DNA of 36,825 bases. It comes from Kiritimatiellia bacterium (GTDB lineage: Bacteria > Verrucomicrobiota > Kiritimatiellia > CAIKKV01). Positions 1 to 6,824 of this stretch are shown here, one piece after another (the first letter of the stretch is position 1; the number at the start of each line of letters is the position of its first letter). The notes beneath the pieces are model-generated. The model was not told the origin of the DNA, did no database searches, and was given only the letters and a program-made list of their open reading frames with translations. The stretch lies in NCBI GenBank assembly GCA_964201555.1, contig CAXNFL010000003.1:1-36825 (forward strand), in the 5' to 3' direction. The position numbers and the translations under genes were made by a program.

Positions 1-127
1 TCAGGCGAAAATGGGCGAGACGATTTCGAGGCTCAGCCGCCTGAAGGCGAGGCGGCGTGGACTCGTGTCCCGACGCCTCCAGCCTGAAGGCGGATCAGCC
101 CGAAAGCGGCCGCCCATTGGCGCCCGA
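1..127. repeat. Palindromic cloverleaf-like element (REP/REPIN-like or structured RNA), possibly truncated by the window edge
   Basis: Nested inverted repeats AATGGGCG(10-17)/CGCCCATT(111-118), TTTCG(24-28)/CGAAA(101-105), GGCT(30-33)/AGCC(97-100) and GAGGCG(49-54)/CGCCTC(74-79). Two copies of the hairpin GCCTGAAGGCG at 39-49 and 82-92. Confidence 0.5.
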
Positions 128-230
128 AATGGAACAACCCGCATCACGCAACCCCGCCAGGCCTAGAATACGATTAGGATAACAATGTGACAGCGTTCCT
201 TAGGCCGAGATTTGGTGCCCTGCGTCAAAC

Positions 231-259
231 TTGACTTTAACCATGCAGGCCCGCACAAT
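231..259 (+). promoter_or_regulatory. Putative sigma70 promoter for the oxidoreductase
   Basis: TTGACT(231-236)-17 nt-CACAAT(254-259); SD AGGAG at 282-286. Confidence 0.55.
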
Positions 260-293
260 ACGCTCTTTACACGAGTCTTTTAGGAGAATGACC

Positions 294-1349
294 ATGGCCA
301 AGGTGGAACCGATCGCGATTGGAATTCTGGGGTACGGACGCGCGGGCTGCGACATGCAGGCCGCCGAGCTGAAGGGCCGCGAAAGCAAGTTCCGCATCGC
401 CGCCGTCTGCGACCTCCTGCCCGCCCGGCGCGAAAAGGCCGCCGCCGCCCACGGCTGCAAAACGTACGCCCGCTACGAGGACATGCTGGCCGATCCCGAC
501 ATCGAGCTGATCAGCGTGGCCAGCCGCTCCTGCGATCACTTCAAGCACGCCATGCAGGCCCTCAAGGCCGACAAGATCGTGTTCCAGGAAAAGCCCATGT
601 GCATGACCTACGCCGAGGCCAACAAGCTGCGCACCGAAGCCGCCAAACACCATGATGCCCTGTTCATCCGCCACAACCGCCGCTATGAGCCGCTTTTCCA
701 GCACGTCCGTGAAATCATCGCCTCCCGCATCCTGGGCGACGTGTTCGAGATCAAGCTCCGCCGCAACAGCTTTGCCCGCCGCAACGACTGGCAGACGCTT
801 CTCAAGTTCGGCGGCGGCCAGCTCCTCAACTGGGGCCCCCACATCATCGACCACGCGCTCCAGTTCCTCGGCGCCCCGCCCGCCACCGTGAATGTCTGGA
901 GCAACCTGAAGCGGGTCGCCGCCGTCGGCGACGCCGAGGATCATCTCAAGATCATCATGGACAACGACAAGGGCCTGCTCGTCGATCTCGAAATCAGCGG
1001 CGGCAGCGCCCTCAGCGAACCCGAGTACCTGGTCTCCGGCACCAAGGGTGCGCTGAAAGCCTCGGGCAAGACCATCTCCCTTCGCTATTGGGATCCCAAG
1101 GTCAAGCCGCCCAAGCGCAAGGCCGATCCGGGAACGCCCGACAGCGGCTTCGGCGGCGGGGACACCCTGGCCTGGATCGAAAAGGAAATCGAAGTGGCCC
1201 CCAAGCTGAAATGCTCCATGACCTCCGTCTGGGACTACCTCTTCGACAGCGTCCGAAAGGGCAAGCCCTACCCCATTACCCTCGACCAGGCGGTGGCCGT
1301 CATCGAAGTGATCTCCACGGTCAAAAAAGGGACTCCCTTCGAGGGATAA
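294..1349 (+). CDS. Gfo/Idh/MocA family NAD(P)-dependent oxidoreductase
   Basis: Rossmann motif GILGYGRAG, EKPM motif, HNRRY, GGGQLLNWGPHIID. Start placed at ATG 294, 7 nt after AGGAG; ATG 288 is an alternative. Confidence 0.9.
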   Translation: MAKVEPIAIGILGYGRAGCDMQAAELKGRESKFRIAAVCDLLPARREKAAAAHGCKTYARYEDMLADPDIELISVASRSCDHFKHAMQALKADKIVFQEKPMCMTYAEANKLRTEAAKHHDALFIRHNRRYEPLFQHVREIIASRILGDVFEIKLRRNSFARRNDWQTLLKFGGGQLLNWGPHIIDHALQFLGAPPATVNVWSNLKRVAAVGDAEDHLKIIMDNDKGLLVDLEISGGSALSEPEYLVSGTKGALKASGKTISLRYWDPKVKPPKRKADPGTPDSGFGGGDTLAWIEKEIEVAPKLKCSMTSVWDYLFDSVRKGKPYPITLDQAVAVIEVISTVKKGTPFEG

Positions 1350-1383
1350 GGCCTTCGCGCCTGTCCCTTTTTGCATTTGACTG

Positions 1384-1400
1384 GCATACAACGTTGTGCA
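1384..1400. promoter_or_regulatory. Putative LacI-family operator
   Basis: Perfect palindrome ACAACGTTGT (1388-1397) with a central CG, the typical LacI/GalR operator core, lying upstream of a LacI gene. Confidence 0.55.
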
Positions 1401-1424
1401 CGCCGCTCCGGCCCTTCTTTTTTG

Positions 1425-1453
1425 TTTCCAAAATAGGCGCCGGTGTTTATAGT
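1425..1453 (+). promoter_or_regulatory. Putative sigma70 promoter giving a leaderless lacI-family mRNA
   Basis: TTTCCA(1425-1430)-17 nt-TATAGT(1448-1453); 7 nt separate the -10 from ATG 1461 and there is no SD. Confidence 0.45.
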
Positions 1454-1460
1454 TCCCGTT

Positions 1461-2549
1461 ATGTCAAAAGAGGAACTCAGCAACGGAGCCGGGCCCAAGC
1501 GGGGAAAACGTGTGACTTTGGCCGATGTGGCGGCCCTAATACACGTGAGCCTGGCCACCGTCAGCCAGGTTTTGAATGGCCGCCCCTCCTGCTGGGCCTC
1601 CGCGGAGACGCGCAAGAGAGTCCTGGCCGCCGTGGAGGAGCTGGGCTACCGCCCCAACCTTTCCGCCCGGGCCCTCCGCTCCGGCGAAACGCTCACCATC
1701 GGCATGATCACCACAGCCCCGGGAATCGGCAGCGCCCACAACCGGTTCGCCGGCGCCGAGGAAGCCTCCGAAAAGAAGGGCTACACCATCATGCTCAGCT
1801 GCCACCCCAACACCTCGGAATCGGAGGACCAGCGCATCCGCAGCCTGATGGACCGCGGCGTGGACGGCCTGCTGGTCTACCCGTCCGAACCCGGCCCCCA
1901 CACGGAGCTGCGCAAGCTGGCCGGATCCGGCTTCCCGCTGGTGACGTTCGACGGGGCCGCGCTTCTCGATTTCGAATGCGACGATATCTGCCCCGACTAT
2001 GCCGGCGTGGGCCACACACAGGTTCAACATCTGGTTGAAATCGGCCGGCGGCGCCTCTGCCTCATCACGACCACCCCCAATGCCCGGATCAACGTCCTGC
2101 GCGAAGAGGGCGCCCTCGCCGCTATCGCGGCCGCCGGCCTGCCTGCGCCCCTGATCCTCTCCCTGCCCCAGGCCGCAACCAGGCAGTCGCCCGATCTCGG
2201 CGAACAGGAAGACGCCATCCACGCCTTTCTTCACGCCCACCAGGACCAGTTCGACACCGTCATCGGGCACGACGCCCTGGCGGCCATCGGCATGCGGGCC
2301 TTGCTGAAACTCGGCCTCGCGGTTCCGAAAAACGCGGCGGTCATGGGTTACGGGAATTCACTCATCGGCGAATACAATACCCTGCCCCTCTCCACCGTCA
2401 GCACCCACGACGACATCCAGGGCGCGGAGGCCTTCCGCTTGCTTCTCGAGCGGATGAAAAACCGGTCGACAAGGCCGCCCTTCCAGCAGATCCGGCAACC
2501 GGGGGTTCTCTTGCCCCGCGCCTCCACGCTGGGCAGTTCCTACCGGTAG
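1461..2549 (+). CDS. LacI-family transcriptional regulator
   Basis: HTH VTLADVAALIHVSLATVSQVLNG, hinge YRPNLSARALR, and a periplasmic-binding-like effector domain (GVDGLL, PLSTV). The 3' end overlaps the convergent transporter gene by 10 bp. Confidence 0.93.
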   Translation: MSKEELSNGAGPKRGKRVTLADVAALIHVSLATVSQVLNGRPSCWASAETRKRVLAAVEELGYRPNLSARALRSGETLTIGMITTAPGIGSAHNRFAGAEEASEKKGYTIMLSCHPNTSESEDQRIRSLMDRGVDGLLVYPSEPGPHTELRKLAGSGFPLVTFDGAALLDFECDDICPDYAGVGHTQVQHLVEIGRRRLCLITTTPNARINVLREEGALAAIAAAGLPAPLILSLPQAATRQSPDLGEQEDAIHAFLHAHQDQFDTVIGHDALAAIGMRALLKLGLAVPKNAAVMGYGNSLIGEYNTLPLSTVSTHDDIQGAEAFRLLLERMKNRSTRPPFQQIRQPGVLLPRASTLGSSYR

Positions 2550-3847
2550 AAATACCGCAGGTAGATGTAGCCGGAGCACAGAACCAGGCTGAGCAGCGTC
2601 AGCGGAATCCCCAGCTTGCAGAAATCCAGGAACGAAAAGGGCTGGTTGTTGCGCTTGGCCACCTGGGAGATCACCACGTTCGCCGAAGCTCCGATCAGCG
2701 TGCCGTTTCCGCCCAGGCAGGCGCCCAGCGCCAGCGACCAGAACAGGGGCTGCAGAATCTGCGTGCCGATCAACGCCTCCTGCCCCTCCAGCCCCATCTG
2801 TTTGGCAAAGGCGGGCCCCATGCTCTGCACGAGCGGAATCATGGCCATCACCAGGGGGATGTTATCCACAATGGCCGACGCCACGGCGCTGAACCACAGG
2901 ATCGCAATCGCCGTGATGAACAGGTTGCCGCCCGTCATTTTCAACAGCATCTGCCCCATCCACAGGAAAACCCCGTTGTACTCCAGTCCGAAAATCAGCA
3001 TGAACAGGCCAATGAAGAAAAAGATCGTGTTCCATTCCACATAAGTCAGGATTTCGTGGGCCTCCCGCTTGACGACGATCGCCATGACCACGGCGCCCGC
3101 GAGCGCCAGAAGGCCCGGCTCGATATTCAGGAACCGGCCCAGGAAAAGTCCCACCAGCACCAGGAAAAAGACAACCGCCGCCTTGCGCAGGGGCCCCGGC
3201 TGCAGGATGGCCAGGTCGGGCCGGGCCCGGCGGATCCGCTCGCGCCCCGCCGCATTCGTCCGCATGGCCTTCCGGTAAACCAACCCGACCACAATCAGGC
3301 TGGCAACCAGGACGATCAGGATGATGGGACTCAGGTTGTAGATGAACGCGTTGAACGACAGATGCGCCCGGGTGCCGATCAGGATGTTGGGCGGATCGCC
3401 CACCAGCGTCGCCGTGCCGCCGATATTCGAGAAGATCGCCTCCATGATCAGCATCGGCTTCGTCGGGATCTCCAGGATCTGGGTCACGAAAATGGTCAGG
3501 GGCGCGATCAGGATCACAGTCGTCACATTGTCGAGAAACGCCGAGATGACGGCCGTCAGGACCAGGAACGAGATCATGATCACCAGCCCGTTCCCGTTGG
3601 CCAGCCGGGCGAGATGGATGGCCATCCATTCAAAAACGCCGGTCTGGGACAGGATCCCCACGATCACCATCATGCCCACCAGCAGGAAAATCACGTTCAT
3701 GTCGATCGAGCCCAGCGCGCGCTCGTACGGCACGGTCCCGGACACGATCATCACCACGGCGCCCAGCAGGGCGGCCAGCGTTTTGTCCAGCTTCTCCGAG
3801 GCAATCAGGGCGTAGGTGACCAGGAAAATAATGACGGCAGCAATCAT
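2540..3847 (-). CDS. ArsB/NhaD/SLC13 (IT superfamily, P-protein-like) ion permease
   Basis: Highly hydrophobic, with motifs SAFLDNVTT, SNIGGTATLVGDPPN, SAIVDNIP and LGGNGTLIGASANV. Start ATG 3847 is 8 bp after the upstream stop. Confidence 0.88.
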   Translation of the reverse strand: MIAAVIIFLVTYALIASEKLDKTLAALLGAVVMIVSGTVPYERALGSIDMNVIFLLVGMMVIVGILSQTGVFEWMAIHLARLANGNGLVIMISFLVLTAVISAFLDNVTTVILIAPLTIFVTQILEIPTKPMLIMEAIFSNIGGTATLVGDPPNILIGTRAHLSFNAFIYNLSPIILIVLVASLIVVGLVYRKAMRTNAAGRERIRRARPDLAILQPGPLRKAAVVFFLVLVGLFLGRFLNIEPGLLALAGAVVMAIVVKREAHEILTYVEWNTIFFFIGLFMLIFGLEYNGVFLWMGQMLLKMTGGNLFITAIAILWFSAVASAIVDNIPLVMAMIPLVQSMGPAFAKQMGLEGQEALIGTQILQPLFWSLALGACLGGNGTLIGASANVVISQVAKRNNQPFSFLDFCKLGIPLTLLSLVLCSGYIYLRYFYR

Positions 3848-3855
3848 GACACCCC

Positions 3856-4773
3856 TTACCAGTTCAACACATTGTCCAGCACATCGTCCCTGTCCACCGT
3901 TCCCACCCATTGGCCGTCGGGGGTGACGACGTAAATCTGCGTCACTTTCTTCACGGCCAGCGCGAAGATCGCCTCCATGAGCGTGGCGTCGGGCGGCATT
4001 TTGCAGAGGGTCGTTTTCATCAGCCGCTTGGCGTCGGAATGCGCCTCTTCCGTGAAATATTTCTCAAACGGATCGAACTCGCGGATGAAGCTGACGCTTT
4101 TCAGCTGGTGGAAAAAGTCCGGCAGCCCGAACTCGAACAGGTTGTCGCAGGTGATTTCCCCAACCAGGGCCCCTTGCGGGTCCACCACCGGAACCACATC
4201 GAGATTTTCCTCGTGCATCAGCCGGCTGACCCGCCGGAGCGGCATGTCGATCGCCACGGAAACCCCCGGGGCGGTCATGATGTCCTGCACGGTCACGGTG
4301 ATGTCGAGCGCCAGCTTGCTTTCGGAAAGCTTCTTCAGGGCGTCGGCCGGATTCCGGGCCTCAAGCAGAAGCTGCCGGTGGGCCGGATCGCGGAAAAACT
4401 GCGTGAGCCGCGCCATGGCGCCCAGCGTCAGCATGGGGGCGCTTTCCGGGGCCACCATCAGGCACACCAGGTTGACCTGCTCGCTATTCCCGAAATCGAT
4501 CGGCGCCTTCAAAATGGCGATGGCGATGCCGAGCCCCGTGAAGCCCCCGATCCGGGCGTGGGGAAAGGCCAGCCCCCGCCCCATGACCGTGGCCCGCTGC
4601 GCCTCGCGCGCGAGGATCGCCGCTTTCATCGTCGCCGCCGAAAGCCCGGGATTGGTCCGCTGCAGGCGCGACTTGGCCAGCGCCTCCACCATCCGCGTCA
4701 ATACGGCATCCTTGTCCAGAGGCTCGTCCGGCATCAGGATCTGGTCCGCCTCCATCACATTCGTCAATTGCAT
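3856..4773 (-). CDS. PTS EIIA (Ntr/Fru-type) domain fused to a tandem CBS pair
   Basis: N-terminal ILAREAQRATVMGRGLAFPHAR retains the phospho-His, followed by PIDFG. C-terminal CBS repeats VQDIMT, VPVVD..G.LVGEIT and VVT..G..VGTV. Confidence 0.85.
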   Translation of the reverse strand: MQLTNVMEADQILMPDEPLDKDAVLTRMVEALAKSRLQRTNPGLSAATMKAAILAREAQRATVMGRGLAFPHARIGGFTGLGIAIAILKAPIDFGNSEQVNLVCLMVAPESAPMLTLGAMARLTQFFRDPAHRQLLLEARNPADALKKLSESKLALDITVTVQDIMTAPGVSVAIDMPLRRVSRLMHEENLDVVPVVDPQGALVGEITCDNLFEFGLPDFFHQLKSVSFIREFDPFEKYFTEEAHSDAKRLMKTTLCKMPPDATLMEAIFALAVKKVTQIYVVTPDGQWVGTVDRDDVLDNVLNW

Positions 4774-4864
4774 CCCGTTCTCCCGGTTTCACGAACCAGA
4801 AGCGGTCGGTCGCCTGGCCTCGCCGGCGCAAACGCTTCCGTTCATCCCCACTCCAGCAAGGTAA

Positions 4865-4961
4865 AGCTTACATCAAAAAAATGCCAGAGCCAAAAAACCG
4901 CCTATATCTGGATCAGGGGGCTCTCTCTGTCATTGCATTTCCCCGCCCTTTTACCTATTCT
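4865..4961. promoter_or_regulatory. Divergent sigma70 promoter pair
   Basis: Minus strand: TTGGCT(4893-4888)-17-TAAGCT(4870-4865). Plus strand: TTGCAT(4933-4938)-17-TATTCT(4956-4961), with SD AAGGAG before ATG 4993. Confidence 0.55.
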
Positions 4962-4992
4962 GTTTCCGCTTGCGCAACGGCAAAGGAGCTCC

Positions 4993-5796
4993 ATGACGCG
5001 TCTGGTCGCCGATTTTCATCTTCACATCTACAAGATCTATCCGCTCGAGTCGCTGCTCTCCTCCTTGTTCGCCAATCTCAACCGGATCGCCGGCAAACAC
5101 CCGGGCGAGCCCGTCCTGAAAGCCGCCTTCCTGGCCGAGCGCCGGCGCTACCAGATTTTCAACGACTGGCGCCGCGGCCTCTTCCGCCTCCGGGGCTACT
5201 CCGTCAGCCCGCTCGGCCCCCACACGCTGGAGGTCAAAACCGACAAGGGCGACCGGCTGCTGCTCTTCGCCGGCCGCCAGGTCGCCACCGCCGAAAGCCT
5301 CGAGATCCTCTCCCTCGCCAACGATCGCGACGTGCCCGACGCCCTCCCCTTCGGCAAGGCTGTGGAGCGCGTGCTGGAAACGGGCGGCATTCCCGTTCTC
5401 CCCTGGGCCCCCGGCAAATGGGAGGGGCGGCGCCGCCCCCTCATCAAGGCCGGCATCGAATCGCTCGCCGGCCGGGGCCTGATGATTTGCGACCCCTCCA
5501 TCCGCCCCTTCCTGTTCCCGGAGCCCGCCCTCTTCCGCTTCGCCCGCCGGCTGGGCGTGCCGGTCGTCGCCGGCACCGACACCTATCCCGTCGTCGGCGA
5601 AGAGCGGCTGGCCGGCAGCTACGCCTCGCTGCTCGAGGGCGATTTCGATCCCGCGGACGCGGCGGAGGCGATCCCCCGCCTGCTGCGGACCCGCAGCTTC
5701 ACGGCCTGCCACCGCGCCGGCCGCCGCTCCCAGCTGCCCGCGGCCGCCCGCCGCTGGCTGACCCACCTGTTCGGCTCCCACCACCAAACGGCCTGA
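4993..5796 (+). CDS. PHP-like putative metal-dependent phosphoesterase (hypothetical)
   Basis: N-terminal DFHLH (HxH), GGIPVLPW and VAGTD motifs resemble the PHP fold; strong SD. The real gene is the 3' part of the 3910..5796 ORF. Confidence 0.6.
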   Translation: MTRLVADFHLHIYKIYPLESLLSSLFANLNRIAGKHPGEPVLKAAFLAERRRYQIFNDWRRGLFRLRGYSVSPLGPHTLEVKTDKGDRLLLFAGRQVATAESLEILSLANDRDVPDALPFGKAVERVLETGGIPVLPWAPGKWEGRRRPLIKAGIESLAGRGLMICDPSIRPFLFPEPALFRFARRLGVPVVAGTDTYPVVGEERLAGSYASLLEGDFDPADAAEAIPRLLRTRSFTACHRAGRRSQLPAAARRWLTHLFGSHHQTA

Positions 5797-5798
5797 CC

Positions 5799-6824
5799 AT
5801 GCCCGCCCTGCCACCTTTCTTCATCCTCGGCTGCCCCCGCTCCGGCACCACGCTGCTCCAGGTGCTGCTCGACTCCCATCCCGCGCTGGCCATCCCCCCC
5901 GAGAGTTTCATTTTCGACCGCTTCGGCCCCCTCCTCGACACCTATGGCGACCTGCGGAACCCGGCCCGCCTCCGCGCCCTCGCGGCCGACCTGCTGGCGG
6001 ACGAGCGGATCCGCGACTGGGGCCTCCGCGCCACGACGGACGACCTGCTGGGCCGGACAGCCGAACCCTCCGCGGCCGGCCTCTTCGACGCGCTCTTCTC
6101 CCTCTACGCCCGGCAGCAGGGAAAGTCGCGCTGGGGCGACAAGACCCCCCAGCATGCGCTGCGCATCCCCGAACTGCTGGCGGTCTACCCCCGGGCCAAG
6201 ATCATCCACCTCATCCGCGACGGCCGCGACGTGGCCGAATCCACCGCCCGCATCGCCATCGGCCCCTGCAGCATCCTCGCCATCGCCCGGCGCTGGAACC
6301 GGTATATGGACACCGTCGCCGCGGCCACCGCCGGCCTGCCCGCCGACCAGTTCCTGGAAGTCCGCTTCGAGGACCTGGTGCGCGATCCCGCCGCCGAACG
6401 CCGCCGGATCATGTCCTTTCTCGGGGAAGACGACGCGCTCTGCCCGCCGATCGGCCAGGCTCTGCCCCAGACCGGCACGCTGGAGCGCTCCTCCACCTAC
6501 GCCCATCACGCCTCGCTCAAGAAAGCCATTTCATCGGGAAAAATCGGCGTCTACCAATCGGCGTTCACCCCGCGGCAGATCGAGCTGTTCGAAGCGGTCG
6601 CCGGCGAGGCGCTGCTCCGCCTGGGCTACGCCCGCGACTTCGCCGCCCCGCGCCCTCCGACGCGAAGCGAGGAGCTGTCCGCCTTCTGGCTGGACCATAC
6701 GATCCGCTATCTGCGGAAATTCAAGCAGCCCCATGCGCTCCGTCAGCTCGCCAAGGAATTGCATCTTGCCCTTCAGCAAGGCGTCCGAAACCGCCTCCGC
6801 CGCGGGTGCCGCCATGCCTCTTAA
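5799..6824 (+). CDS. PAPS-dependent sulfotransferase (Sulfotransfer_3-like)
   Basis: 5'-PSB loop GCPRSGTTLL, WGDKTP, 3'-PB IRDGRDVAES and RFEDLV. The start is 2 bp after the upstream stop. Confidence 0.9.
   Translation: MPALPPFFILGCPRSGTTLLQVLLDSHPALAIPPESFIFDRFGPLLDTYGDLRNPARLRALAADLLADERIRDWGLRATTDDLLGRTAEPSAAGLFDALFSLYARQQGKSRWGDKTPQHALRIPELLAVYPRAKIIHLIRDGRDVAESTARIAIGPCSILAIARRWNRYMDTVAAATAGLPADQFLEVRFEDLVRDPAAERRRIMSFLGEDDALCPPIGQALPQTGTLERSSTYAHHASLKKAISSGKIGVYQSAFTPRQIELFEAVAGEALLRLGYARDFAAPRPPTRSEELSAFWLDHTIRYLRKFKQPHALRQLAKELHLALQQGVRNRLRRGCRHAS

Noticed and set aside
1324-1372. AAAAAGGGAC/GTCCCTTTTT inverted repeat as an intrinsic terminator
   Set aside because: The left arm lies inside the CDS and the loop is about 29 nt. 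Possible, but too weak to call.
4871-4887. Sigma54-like TGGCA on the minus strand upstream of the EIIA-CBS gene
   Set aside because: No GC at the -12 position; a sigma70 -35/-10 pair fits better.
3910-6813. Long N-terminal extensions of ORFs 3910..5796, 4881..6824 and 5944..9417 suggesting fusions
   Set aside because: The extensions overlap other real genes and are low-complexity. SD sites and gene coupling support starts at 4993, 5799 and 6814.
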